Shown: positions 40,030-54,461, numbered from the stretch's first letter. The stretch is 64,000 bases of DNA from Eledone cirrhosa (GCA_964016885.1 OZ024740.1:397110001-397174000), one strand, 5' to 3'. The notes: generated from the letters alone by a model not told the origin. A program made the numbers and translations.

Positions 40030-40337
40030 TCATCATCATCATCATCATCACCGTTTTACGTCCGTTCTTCCACGCTAGCATGGGTTAGACGGGTTGTCCT
40101 GTTGTGGGCAGTGTCTGGTCGGCTGACCATGCCTTGCTCATACAGGAACTGATCTGGCTTGATTTCTACAGCTGGATGCCCTTCCTAACACCAACCTCAT
40201 TTACAGTGAGTGCTGGGTGCTTTTTCGTGGCGCCTACACGTCCACTTTACAGTGTGGGCTGGGTGCTTTTTTGCCGTGGCACCTCCGCGGCCACCTTGCG
40301 GTGGAGGGGGGGGGGCATATTGTTTATATGCTTCAGT
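40030..40337 (-). mobile_element. RTE family C 3' UTR fragment
   Basis: Reverse complement of 49716-49979. Confidence 0.88.
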
Positions 40338-40342
40338 ATATG

Positions 40343-40373
<31 letters not shown>

Positions 40374-40779
40374 ATATATGTATCTATGTATGTATATATA
40401 TATGTATGTATGTATATATATGTATCTATGTATATATATGTATATATATATATATGTATGTATATATGTATGTATATATATGTATATGTATGTATGTATA
40501 TATATATATATGTATGTGTATGTATATATATGTATGTGTATGTATATATATATGTGTGTATGTATATATATATATATCTTTGCTTTTCTATTCGATAATT
40601 CTAGCATATTTTTCAAAACAAATCTTGTATTATTGTTTTATGCTTGTTAAATTAGGCCCAAAATACGGGGATCTTATTCAAACCTTAACCTTCTAATATC
40701 CCTCCCACTACCCAATATCCATCCCACCCGCCCCCACGCACCACCATTATTACGTGGGCCAATCATAAGTCAGCGGCCT

Positions 40780-41796
40780 ATGCTATCGCTTACCTGTTTG
40801 CCTTTCGATATGATGGATCGACTACGGAATTCTGGAGATTTAAAAAGAAAAAAATCTGGACGCTCAGTGACAATGCCAAAGATAAAGACAAATTCACCTC
40901 ATGGACGAGAATGCAAGGACTCCTCCTCTTTGTTTCGGCCGCGGATGGCTAACATAACCCCCCCCCCTGCTCCCCACCGCTCCCGCCCTCCAAACGCAAT
41001 CCAAAACTTCAGAGTTGGTACCATTAATGTAGGCACCTTAAAGGGTCGCTCTAACGAGGTTGTAGAAATGCTTGAACGTAAGGAGGTCGATGTTTGTTGT
41101 ATTCAAGAGACCAGGTGGAGGGGTGGGTCTGCTAGATTCATCGTGGGTAAAGAACGATGCTATAAGCTTTTCTGGGTGGGAAATGACAATGGGCTGGGTG
41201 GAGTAGGAATCATGGTAGCAGAAAAGTGGGCAGATAAGATAATAGATGTAAATAGAGTGAACGACAGAATAATTAAAATAAGACTTGTCCTCAATAGAAC
41301 TACGGTGACAGTAATATCTGCGTACGCACCCCAATCCGGACTGCCCGGCACTATAAAAGACAGATTCTATGAGACACTGATGCTCACTACCTCTCAAATA
41401 ACCGACAGTGACTATATAATTATTGCTGGCGACCTAAATGGTCACGTTGGACAACATTGTGACGGCTATGACGGAATCCATGGAGGCTATGGGCTTGGTA
41501 CTAGAAATGAGGAAGGCTCCAGAATCCTGGAATTCTGTGACGCAAATAACCTAACTATCTGTAACACTAACTTCAAAAAACGAGACAATCACTTGATCTC
41601 CTATAGATCGGGGGAACACACAAGCCAGGTAGATTATATCCTTACCAGGAGACGTGATAGAGTGTCTGTTATAAACACTAAATCCCTCCCCCATGAAGAA
41701 TGCACGTCTCAACATAGACTCATAATTAGCGACCTCATACGAGGCGTATTCGACAACAGAAGAGGATTATCCTCAGGAGAAAAATATGGAAATTAA
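40780..41796 (+). pseudogene. RTE APE endonuclease domain (frameshifted from RT near 41740)
   Basis: GTINVGTL, CIQETRW, GVGI, SAYAP, GDLNGHVG, SQVDY, SQHRL. Confidence 0.92.
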
Positions 41797-41870
41797 AGGA
41801 CCCCACAGCCAGTCATAAATTTAAAAGCATATTACTTGATACTTTTGATAGTAAGGAAGAGCAATTAGAG

Positions 41871-43886
41871 TTGTACAATAAAGAGGAACAGTGGGAATTC
41901 CTGAAAGCTAACCTGCTGAAGGCGACAGATGAAACCTGTGGCAGGAGCAGGCCTATAGGCAGGAGGAGAGTAACTTGGTGGTGGAATAGTAAGGTGGAGA
42001 GGTCAATCAAGGCCAAAAAGCAGGCTTGGAAAGCATGGTGGGATGGGGGAAGTAGAGAAGGCTATCAAGTGGCCAGGAGGGAAGCGAGGAGACAAGTGTA
42101 CTTCGCAAGAAGGGAAGCAGAGGAAAGAAAGTTCAAGCATGTTCTACAATGTGAGGAACAAAAACGTGAGGTGTTCAGGATTGCTAGGCAATGTGTCAAG
42201 GAAAACAGTGATATTGTCGGGGAGAAGTGTGCCCTAAATGATGATGGTGTACTTGCCATCACTGACGTTGATAAGAAGGTAGCTTGGAAGTGTCACTACG
42301 AAAGGCTACTAAATGAGGAGAATAATTGGGAGAAAGACAGTCTCCCCCACATCGACCCAATAGAGGGACCAGCAGTGCAAGTTGAAGGTAGTATAATAAG
42401 TAAGGCGATCAAAGACATGAAGACGGGCAAGGCGGCCGGGCCTTCGGAAATAGTTGCCGAAATGCTGAAAGCATCTGGAATGGTGGGACACACTATGGTC
42501 ACCCGGATAGTAAACAAAGTCATACAGAATGGGGTCATTCCGAAGGACTGGTGCAGCAGCATCATCATTAACTGCTACAAGGGTAAAGGTGATGCCCTAG
42601 ATAGGGGAAACTATAGAGGCATTAAATTAATTGACCAGGTCATGAAGGTCACAGAAAAAGTAATAGCGCAACTAATCAGAGATCGAATTGATCTAGACGA
42701 AATGCAGTTCGGGTTTGTGTCAGGTAAAAGTACAACAGACGCTCTTTTCATTGTACGACAACTACAGGAGAAGTACCTAGCTAAAAGTAAACCCCTATAC
42801 TTAGCTTTTGTTGACTTGGAGAAAGCCTTAGACAGAGTACCCCGCTCGATTATCTGGTGGGCTCTTAGAAAACTAGGTGTTGATGAATGGCTTGTGAGAG
42901 CTATACAAGCCATGTATAAAGAAACAGTCAGCAAGGTTAGAATTAACAGCGAATATAGTGAAGAGTTTAGCGTAAAAGTTGGTGTTCATCAGGGCTCCGT
43001 CCTTAGCCCCCTACTATTTATTATTGCCCTCCAGGCTATAACAGAGGAGTTCAAGACCGGCTGCCCATGGGAACTCCTATATGCAGATGATCTAACGCTC
43101 ATAGCTGAATCAATGGCTGAATTAGAGAAGAAATTCCAAACATGGAAGCATGGCCTAGAATCAAAAGGCCTTAAAGTTAACTTGTCTAAGACTAAAGTTC
43201 TAGTTTGTAGGAAGGAAAATAGGGCACCGGTCACATCTGGGAAATGGCCATGCTCAGTGTGTAGGAAAGGAGTAGGTAGAAACTCCATTTTATGTCCCAA
43301 ATGCAAAGTATGGGTACATAAAAGATGTAGTGGGATCACAGGTAAGCTAACTAAGAATATAGATTTTATATGTGGCCGGTGCTCTGGTGCAATAAGTAGC
43401 AGCAAGCCCTCACAGAATACTAACTCATTCCATTGCACAGATGGTTCTATAGAAATAGTGGACAGCTTCCGTTACCTGGGTGACAAAATCAGCAGTGGTG
43501 GAGGGTGCTCGGAAAATACAGTAGCTAGAGTCAGAACGGGATGGAAAAAGTTCAGAGAGCTTATACCACTATTGGCCGTTAAAGGGTTCTCTCTAAAAAT
43601 GAAAGGCAGGCTGTATGATGCCTGCATACGAACAGCAATGTTACATGGCAGTGAGACCTGGGCATTGTGTGCAGAGGATATACGCAGACTGGAGATGAAA
43701 GACGACAGCTGTATAAAAAAGTGCAGGGCAATAAAAATAGACGGTAGCCACGGAGTAGGCAGACCCAGAAAAACCTGGGACGACTTGATAAATTTCAACC
43801 TCACACACTTACACCTCTCCAAGACAATGTCACTGGACCGAGATCTTTGGCGCTACACAGTAATAGAGAAGACCCGCCATACATAA
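41871..43886 (+). pseudogene. RTE reverse transcriptase with inserted PHD finger; in-frame ~50 aa deletion near 43695
   Basis: NYRGI, QFGF, FVDLEKA, QGSVLSP, YADD, GLKVN..KTK, C4HC3 finger, FRYLG; lacks RNEACMLRW...RLRWYGHV segment seen at 9289..9867. Confidence 0.93.
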
Positions 43887-44269
43887 GTGCAAAGTGAAAC
43901 CTACTACAGTCAGTAAGCACCTCTAACAAAATACACCCCCGACCCACTACCCCCGCCCCATCCACACCACCCCTTTCAATGTAAAGTTATGTTGGTACCA
44001 CAACATCCAGCCCGAAACAAATCAGGTTGTGTAGGTGTCACAACAAAAAAAAACACACAGTCCACGCTGTAATGTGGTCGTGTAGGTAACACGGTAAAAA
44101 CCTCCCAGTCCACACTGTAAACGTGGTTGGTGTTAGGAAGGGCATCCAGCCGTAGAAAACCCGCCAGACAGTCCTATGCGAGCAAGACAACCACTCTTGC
44201 CTCAAGTGGGAAAATTCCCATCCAAACCCATGCGAGCGTGGAATATGGACGTTAAACGATGATGATGAT

Positions 44270-44312
44270 TATGTATGTATATACATATATATATATATAC
44301 ATACATAAATAC

Positions 44313-44343
<31 letters not shown>

Positions 44344-44349
44344 CATACA

Positions 44350-44387
<38 letters not shown>

Positions 44388-44494
44388 CATACATATATAT
44401 ATATACACATACATATATATATATATATATACATACATATATATATATACATACATATATATATATACATACATATATATATATATATACATAC

Positions 44495-44527
<33 letters not shown>

Positions 44528-44532
44528 CATAC

Positions 44533-44563
<31 letters not shown>

Positions 44564-44586
44564 CATATATATATATACATATATAC

Positions 44587-44617
<31 letters not shown>

Positions 44618-44759
44618 CATACATATATATATATACATACATATATATATATACATACATATATATATATACATACATATATATATATATACATATATAT
44701 ATATACATATATACATATACATATATACATATACATATACATATATACATACATATATA

Positions 44760-44790
<31 letters not shown>
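44270..44790. repeat. (TA)n/(TACA)n microsatellite
   Basis: Direct reading. Confidence 0.95.
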
Positions 44791-44992
44791 AGGAACGAGT
44801 AGGACCCCGCGGCTGAGCTCAAGCCGTTTCGACAGCTAATTCTGGACTAATTTAGTCCAGAATTAGCCGTCAAAACGGCTTGAGCTCAGCCGTCGGGGTC
44901 CTACTCATTCCTATTACCCACTCTACTACCCTAAGTATTGAGTACTTTGGTGCGTTATGGTCCGCCTGGTTCCTTACCACATTTCCTTTGTT
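44790..44992. mobile_element. Small fold-back repeat, copy 3 (opposite orientation to copy 1)
   Basis: ~60-bp-arm palindrome centred at 44851; remainder is reverse complement of 22285-22363. Confidence 0.85.
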
Positions 44993-45076
44993 ATATATAT
45001 ATATATATATATATACATACATAAATACATACATATATATATATACATAAATACATACATATATATATATACATAA

Positions 45077-45117
<41 letters not shown>

Positions 45118-45170
45118 AATATATATATATATATACATAAATACATACATATATATATATATATACATAA

Positions 45171-45211
<41 letters not shown>

Positions 45212-45821
45212 AATACATACACATAAATACATACATACATATATATATACATATATATATATACATACATACATATAAACACATATATATATACACATAT
45301 ATACACACATATATATATACACATATATACACACATATATATATACACATATATACACACATATATATATATACACATATATACACACATATATACACAC
45401 ATATATACACATATATACACACATATATATACACATATATATACACATATATACACACATATATATACACATATATACACATATATACACACATATATAC
45501 ACACATATATATATATATATATATACATACACATATACATACACATATATATACACATATACATACACATATATATACACATATACATATATATATATAC
45601 ATATATATACACATACACATATACATACACATATATATACACATATACATATATATATATACATATATATACTAGCACATATATATATATACATATATAT
45701 ACACACATATATATATATACACATATACATATATATACACACACACATATATATATACACACACATATATATATATACACACACATATATATACACATAT
45801 ACATATATACACACACATATA
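44993..45821. repeat. (TA)n/(CA)n compound microsatellite
   Basis: Direct reading. Confidence 0.95.
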
Positions 45822-46589
45822 TCATCAACATCATCTTCGTTTCACGTCTATGTTCCACGCTAGCATGGGTTAGACGGGAGTTGTCCCACTTGAGGCAAGG
45901 CTGGTCGGGTGACCGTGTGTTGCTCATATAGGACTATCTGGCAGGTTTTCTACGGCTGGATGCCCTTCATAACACCAACCACATTTACAGTGTGGAACTG
46001 GGAACTTTTTACCATGTTACCTACACGGCCACATTACAGCGTGGACTGTGTGTTTTTTTCTTGTGACACCTACACGATCTCGATCTCATTATCTCATTTA
46101 TTTGGACTGGATGTTGTGGTACCAACTTTACAGAGACAGGGTGGTGTTGGTGGGAGTGGGAGGATAGGGTAGGGGTAGTGGATTGGGGTGTATATTTGGT
46201 TAAGAGGTGCCTACTGACTGTAGGTTTTGCTTTGTACATAGGCAAGGCGGGTCTTCTGTATTACTGTGTAGCTCCAAAGATCTCGGTCCAGTGACATTGT
46301 CTTAGAGAGGTGCAAGTGTGTAAGGTCGGAATATATCAGATCGTCCCAGGTTTTGGTGGGTCTACCTACTCCGTAACTACCATCAATTTTGATCACCCTG
46401 CACTTTTTTATACTGCTGTCGTCTTTCATGCGCATCACGTGGTCATACCAATGTAGTCTTCACTCAAGTAAACAGCATCTGATCCCTCTTATTCTAATTT
46501 CTAACTTAGTTCATTTATGCTTTGCCGTTCACGTATATTACTATTACACATCCAACGGAGCATGCATGCTTCGTTCCTTTCCAGTCTGC
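45822..46589 (-). mobile_element. RTE family B-like 3' fragment
   Basis: RLERNEACMLRWMC, MRMKDDS..GRPTKTW, 3' UTR, (GAT)n. Confidence 0.9.
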
Positions 46590-46609
46590 ATATATATATA
46601 TATATGAAA

Positions 46610-49600
46610 TGAATATAAATCCGTGAGCTACCAAGCACCCATGTGAAGCCCCAATCCAGAGACAGGAAGCACACACACACTCCTGCAAAAATCGACTCTT
46701 CCCTACGAGTGTCAACAAATGCGCAAAACTCCAAGTTGGTACCATCAATGTAAGCACAATGAAAGGAAGAGCAGGAGATATCGTAGAAATGCTAGAGCGA
46801 AAGGAAATTGATGTATGCTGTGTGCAAGAGACTAGATGGAGAGGAGAGTCTGCTAGAGTCCTTGTAGGAAAAAGTCAGTGCTACAAATTTTTCTGGGTGG
46901 GAAATGACGATGGGATGGGTGGTGTAGGTATACTACTAGCTGACAAGTGGGTAGATAAAGTAATCTCAGTCTACAGGGTAAATGCAAGAATCATTAAACT
47001 CAGACTAGTACTGAATAAAACAATTACCACAATAATATCAGCTTACGCACCTCTATCGTGGTTGCCAGACGAACTTAAGGATAGGTTTTACGAGTCCCTA
47101 ATGCACACTACTGCTCTAACAAACGACAATGACTTCCAAATCATCGCAGGAGATTTTAACGGACATGTAGGTAAACACTGTGACAGCTTCAATAGAGTCC
47201 ATGGAGGCCACGGGGTTGGCACAAGAAATGAAGATGGATTCAGACTTCCAGAATTCTGCGACGCCAATGACATGTCGATGTGTAACACAAACTTCAAAAA
47301 ACCCGACAACCACCTGATCACCTATAGATCAGGGGAGCATTCTAGTCAGATAGATTTTATCCTCATCAGAGGACGTGACAGATGGACAGTCGTAAACACA
47401 AAAGCCTACCCTAGTGAGGAATGTACCTCCCAACATAGCTTAGTTGTCAGCGACCTCATGGTCAGAAATAGACGAACCTGGAAACAGAGGCCAACCTGGA
47501 GAAGAAAGATCTGGAAGCTGAAAGACCCCTCAGCCAGTAACAGATTTAAAGATATTTTACTCAACGCCTACGACAGTAAAGAAGAACAGATATAGACATT
47601 CAATGTAGAAGAGCACTGGGAGTTCCTAAAAAATAACTTACTAGAGGCGACGGATGAGATCTGTGGCTGGAGTAAGACCACAAGCAGGAGGAGAGTGACT
47701 TGGTAGTGGAACAATAAGGTAGATGAGGCAGTTAAGGCCAAGAACAGGCCTGGAAAGAATGGAAGAACGGCGGGAGCAGGGTACATTACATAGAGACCAA
47801 GAGAGAAGCTAGGCGACAAGTATACTTAACTAGGAGGGAAGCAGAGGATAGAAAATTCAAGCATGTTTTGCAACGTGAGGACCAGAAACAGGAGGTGTTC
47901 AAGATTGCAAGGCAGTGTGTCAGAGAGAATTGTGATGTCATTGGAGAGAAGTGTATCTGGAATGATAAAGGTGAGAGTGCCCTCACAAGTGCTGAGAAGA
48001 AAGATGCATGGAAGAGTCATTATGATAGATTACTTAATGAGGAGAATGCATGGGAAGAAGAGACCCTACCCCAAGTAGACCCTATAGAGGGGCCAGCAGT
48101 ACAAGTCAGCAGCAGTGTAGTAAGTAAGGCAATCAAAGATATGAAGATGGGGAAGACAACCGGTCCATCGGGTATAGCTGCGGAGATGCTGAAGGCATCT
48201 GGGTCTGTATGTCACACTATAACCACACATATTGTTAACCAGGTAATACTAGAAGGTGTCATACCAAAAGATTGGTGCAGTAGCATCATTGTCAACTGCT
48301 ACAAAGGTAAAGGTGATGCACTAGATAGTGGAAACTATAGAGGTATAAAGCTGATGGACCAAGTCATGAAAGTAACAGAAAGAGTTATAGCACAGTTGAT
48401 TAGGGACCGAGTGAAACTAGATGAGATGCAATTTGGGTTTGTACCAGGAAGAGGCACCACTGATGCCCTCTTCCTTGTGAGGCAGTTACAGGAAAATTAC
48501 CTAGCTAAAAGTAAGCCACTCTACCTGGCATTCGTCGATCTTGAGAAAGCCTTTGACAGAATTCCACGTGCTGTAATCTGATGGGCTCTTAGAAAACTAG
48601 GAGTAGATGAATGGCTTGTGAAAACTGTACAAGCAATGTATAGGGGAGCAGTCAGCAAAGTTAGGATTAGCAATGAGTATAGTGAGGAATTTAGCGTACA
48701 AGTTGGTGTCCACCAGGGCCCTGTTCTTAGCCCTCTCCTGTTCATCCTAGTCCTGCAGGCAATAACGGAGGAGTTTAAGACCGGATGCCCACGGGAACTC
48801 CTGTATGCTGATGACCTCGCACTTATAGCTGAATCTATGGTAGAACTAGAGAAGAAATTCCAAACTTGGAAGCAGGGACTAGAAAGAAAGGATCTCAAAG
48901 TCAACATGACAAAGACTAAGGTCCTTGTAAGTAGACGAGAAAACAGAACCCAGATCCCCTCAGGGAAATGGCCTTGCTCAGTATGTAGGAAAGGTGTAGG
49001 TTGGAACTCCATTCTCTGCCCCAAATGCAAACAATGGGTACACAAGAGATGTAGTGGGATCTCAGGAAGCTTAATTAAGAATGTAGGCTTCACATGCAGC
49101 AGCTGTGCTGGGACAGCAAGCAGCAAACAGCCACAGGAAACAAGTACCACCAATCTCTGGGAAGGCTCTGTAGAAACAGTAGACAGCTTCTGCTACCTAG
49201 GTGACCGAATTAGCAGCGGAGGTGGGTGTTCAGAAAGTACAATAACTAGGGTAAGAACGGGATGGAAGAAGTTCAGGGAACTAGTGCCACTGTTAGCTGC
49301 AAAAGGCTTCTCCCTCAAAATGAAAGGCAGACTGTATGATGCGTGTATACGAACAGCGATGTTGCATGGTAGTGAGACCTGGGCGCTGAAGGTGGAAGAC
49401 TTACGTAGATTAGAAAGAAACGACAAAGCATAAATGAATTGAGAGAGAGACTGAGCATAAGAGGAATCAAATGCTGTGTGCAGGAGAGGCGGTTGCGTTG
49501 GTATGGACATGTGATGCGTATGAAGGATGACAGCTGCATAAAAAGGTGCAGAGCACTAGAAGTCAATGGAAACCGCGGAGGGGGAGACCCAAGAAGACCT

Positions 49601-49979
49601 GGGATGAGGTGATAAAAGCCGACCTTACCCAATTATACCTCTCAAAGGTGATGACACACGACTGTGACCTCTGGCATCACGCAGTAATACAGAGTACCCG
49701 ACCTCCCATTGTACAAGCTGAAGCATATAGACAATATGCCCCCACACCCTCCCACTGCAATGTGGTCGTGGAGGTGCCACGGCAAAAAAGCACCCAGCAC
49801 TCACTGTAAATGAGGTTGGTGTTAGGAAGGGCATCCAGCTGTAGAAATCAAGCCAAAATCAGTTCCTGTATGAGCAAGGCATGGTCAGCCGACCAGACAC
49901 TGCCCACAACAGGACAACCCGTCTAACCCATGCTAGCATGGAAGAACGGACGTAAAACAGTGATGATGATGATGATGAT
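46610..49979 (+). mobile_element. Near full-length RTE LINE family C with stops and frameshifts
   Basis: ORFs 46759..47595 (APE), 47868..48581, 48618..49433 (YADD, PHD), 49546..; 3' UTR and (GAT)n. Confidence 0.95.
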
Positions 49980-50399
49980 ATATATATATACATACATGTA
50001 TGTATGTATGTATGTATGTTGTTATACATACATGTTTTTACAGGTAAAAAGTGACATGAATAGGGTGAAATAAGGGAGAGACAATGGAACAGTGTCAGAA
50101 TTTAAAATGAAGTAAATAAAAGGTGAAAAAAGAAAACAAACATTGGACAAAATATATGCATAGAAACGTAAAAATTGTGTGTAAAGAAAACATTTATGCA
50201 GAATGGAAAGAAAAAGATCTGACATTTCCAGTTAAACTCTTTATTGAAGTAGAATAAGAGAAGAAAAGGATAAGAATTAAAGAAGAAACGTGTAAGAATG
50301 ATACCAGGCTAGAGAACAAATGTGTTTCAAAAGGCTACATATATACATGAATGTATTTATGTTACACATATGTATGTGCATGTGTATTTTTATATATAT

Positions 50400-50533
50400 A
50401 AAACAAAGAAGATGTGGTAAGATACCAGGTGGACAATAACGCACCAGAGAACTCAATACTTTGAGTAGTAGAGTGGGTAATAGGAAAAGAGCCAAGACCC
50501 TGACGATTGAGCTCCAGCTGTTTCGACAGCTAA
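50400..50533. mobile_element. Small fold-back family copy 4 (no second arm), followed by a short RTE/SINE tail 50534-50577
   Basis: Homology to 22285-22412. Confidence 0.8.
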
Positions 50534-50762
50534 GCAGGAAAAAGCGGATGTAAAATGATGATGATGATGATGATGATATATATATATATATATGTATATG
50601 TATATATATATATTATTGGGTTCTGATATGGTGATCATAATAGCCCATAAATGTAGAAAAATGAATCTTAAAAACAGAGTATTCATACAATATGGCTCTG
50701 ATATTTTGAGTTTGCCAGGATTCATCAGAGAAGAATTGAAATGCTGTAGAGTTGGTCAATAT

Positions 50763-50949
50763 ATAATTGTTTCTACTTTAGGCACAAGGCCAGCAATTAC
50801 CCAGTGCATTACTGGTACTTTATTTTATCGACCCCGTAAGGATGAAAGGCAAAGTCAACCTCGGCGGGATTTGAACTCAGATCGTAAAGGGACGTAACTA
50901 TGCTGGAAAGCATGGCGTCCGACCCTCCACCGATACTGCCAATCCACCG
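50763..50949 (-). mobile_element. SINE family 1
   Basis: Reverse complement of 15179-15371 type. Confidence 0.9.
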
Positions 50950-50989
50950 ATATATAATGTTTAAGAAATCATCAGTTTTCTAAGATTCT

Positions 50990-51409
50990 ACTGTTTTAAT
51001 AAGCAGTACCATCTGGGTTGTCCAGAAGTAACGGCAAAAGATTGAAGGCCTTACCCTGTCCCCCTGGTTGAGAGGCAGGTGCCTTGTCTGGGACGTCACT
51101 GTTAGTGACTCTTTTACTTTTTCCCACATCCTGGATGCTGCAGTTAGGACAAGAGCCACCGCTTCTGCAGCCGAGTGGAGTAAGACCCTCAAATACTGTG
51201 ATCTGTCGGCCAGCTACATTTTTCAGCCTGTGGCTTTTGAGACGTTTGGGCGAGTCGGGCCGCTGACTGCGAGGTTCCTGTCTTTACTGGCGGCTCGCCT
51301 AATAGAGGCAACTGGCGAATCTCACGAAGGCACTTGCTTGTTCCAGAGCATTTGCCTTATCACCCGAGGCAATGCTGTGAGTGTGCTGGCTTGCCTAAAA
51401 AATCATTAG
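50990..51409 (+). pseudogene. CRE-like non-LTR retrotransposon C-terminal restriction-like endonuclease
   Basis: EGLTLSPWLRGRCLVWDVT, K..KY..L, FQPVAFETFG, LFQ....TRGNA. Confidence 0.8.
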
Positions 51410-51717
51410 AGAGGTTGCCCAGTACTCCTCGCGACGTTGCTGCCTTTTGCTCTGGTGCTGGCTTGGTTGTTCACCCCTTCCTTTACATTTTCTTTAATAT
51501 TGTAACATTAAAAGAATATATCTTTCTGGAAGAATCGCGAGCAATTTATAATGTTACCTAAGCATTTGTAGTGTTATTTACGTATATATTTAAAACATGT
51601 TATTCTACTGTAAATTTATTTATATGCTCTGTATAATAAAAATTTTACACCAATCTGTTTGTTTTACAAATTGATATCTAATGAGAATTACGATTTATTC
51701 TAGTTTATCAATTTTTA

Positions 51718-51925
51718 CCCTTTAGCATTTACATTACTCTACATATACTATTGTATTTTCGTGGTAAAGGCTTTATCTTATATAATATTGAATCTACGAG
51801 ATTTTGATATTATTTAGTTTGAGAACAATACCTTAACATCAGTATAAGTGGACAGTTATGGCTGGTTTGAACTGAAAGAGATGAGAGAATTCTGGCTGGA
51901 TATGGCCGGTTTAAGTGCTAAAGGG
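51718..51925. mobile_element. piggyBac-like MITE
   Basis: TIRs CCCTTTAGCA / TGCTAAAGGG flanked by TTTA and TTAA. Confidence 0.7.
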
Positions 51926-53504
51926 TTAAAATAGCTCAAATGATGAATTGATAATATCTGCATAATATATAATAATCTTTCGCAATAATATGTTTGTTAC
52001 GGTCAGAACTTTGAAAAAAATTACCATTTCCAGTGTTATCTGTATATTTTTTCCTGTGACCTATCAAGCTGCAAGTGATGCAAAAATATTTTTTCATAAA
52101 TCTTAATTATAAACTACTCTGTTCAACATATCTAGTGAAGAAAAATATAACAATTTGTATGCTCCTGTAATATATATAGTAACATTGTGTTATTATCCAG
52201 CTATCTACTCTAATCTTATCATCAGATACTTAAGTGTTCATAGATGATATTGTATGTCTATATAGGTTAAATTATTTTTAATTTATAAGATTAATATAAT
52301 TAAGTAAAATGCCTAATGGCTGCTTAGAAAATGTATTGTTTAGTTTCAAAAACTGTATATAATATCAGTAAGACAATACCTGCCCTATAAAAGGAGAAAG
52401 TTAAATGTGAACAGAAATTCTAATTTTGCACATTGATTAAATATTCAAATAACTTAAATTATATTAATGGTAAGTTAAGATAGGGGTGTGTCCTCAATGT
52501 TGGAGGGTCTTCGATATCATGAAATATGTTGTTAGTTCAAAATGAAAATTTTGTTGAAAAAATTTGAAGCAGAATTGTGTAATCACTTCCACCCAGTTAT
52601 GTTCTTTGTTTTTTTATTTTTGTATGAACTTTTTCACATTTCTGTTTTTTTAACATTGAAGATTACAAAAGAATTTAATTCAATTTTATTCAATCCTAAC
52701 CTCTAAACTTGCTCCTAACCTTCTCACCCTAACCATAACCACTAACTCTAATCACTAAGGCAATTTATTACTAAAAAGTCTAAAATAAAATGGCCTAGAA
52801 ATGGCAGAAAAAACTTATTTTGATTAAAAAAAATATACCAAATTAAACATTTTTTAGGTCTAAAAAGTCTAAAATTTATTATAAAGTTTAAAAATTGTTT
52901 AAATAAAAAATATTAAATAGAATTTAATTTCAAACATTGATAATTGCCAAAACTTAAGTCTTAGAGAAAGAAAACAGATTAAAAAAACAACAACCCCTCC
53001 CCCCACAAATAAAGCAATTAACAAAAGCAATTGGTCAAACAATTCTCTAAGGAATTAAAGAAATCAAAAGAAATTATACTGGTGAAAAGCAGCATCAGTG
53101 GTGACAGAGTGTATCTAAATTTATATATATATCACTCTCACACACACTCATTGATACTGTCACCAGTTCAGTTTCCCAGGGGATTTTGGCTGGCATTGAG
53201 CAGAATCTACAAGCAATGACACCAGAAGCAGTGGTTTTATATATATAAAATATTAGTTTGATTAAAATAATTGGAGGCCAGACTGGTGATGTTCCTTTAA
53301 AGTTTTATTGTAGCAAAAATATTATATATAATTTGATGGCCTGGTTAAGTAAGATCCTGGCGACATCATCAGGTGTCAATTGTATAATTAGTTAATCAAT
53401 AAAGGAATTACAGGAAACACAAACAGAGAAATTATAGAAAAAATATTTGATTCGAAGCTGACCCACAACATAGGTATTATTGTTGCCACAGACCATCCCC
53501 GAAT

Positions 53505-54012
<508 letters not shown>

Positions 54013-54157
54013 TTATATATTGTTATACTTGGGAAGAGTCATGCCGCACACACGTATATTTATGGTTTCAGTGTTATCCTATGCAACTAAGTTGGCTGTT
54101 TTATTTCACAGGGTACTTTATTGTTCTATTGGAAAAGGTAAGAAATATTTTCCATAA

Positions 54158-54420
54158 TCTCCTTATAATATATAACCAGCAATTTCTCTGTCTGTCTGTC
54201 CGACAGTGGAAACACGTGCGCGCGTGCGAATGTTTTTTGCGCACGCGTAGAGAGAGAGTGAGAGTGAAAGAAAGAGACAGACTACAAGAGGGGGATAGCG
54301 GGAGGGAGAGAGGGGGGAATTGAGGAGTGCTACAGAAACATATATACATTTCTGTGTGTGTGTAATATATATATATATATATATATATATATTACACACA
54401 CAGAAATGTATATATATTTC

Positions 54421-54461
<41 letters not shown>

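Larger units (their letters stand above)
40700..44269 (+). mobile_element. Near full-length RTE LINE family B
   Basis: APE ORF, RT ORF, ~380 bp 3' UTR, (GAT)n tail; 5' boundary uncertain. Confidence 0.95.

Noticed and set aside
42989-43822. Antisense ORFs over the LINE RTs (also 25408..26124, 48521..49153)
   Set aside because: Shadow ORFs of coding sequence with no independent motifs
45822-49979. Head-to-head RTE pair as a twin-priming product
   Set aside because: Different families, each with its own 3' tail
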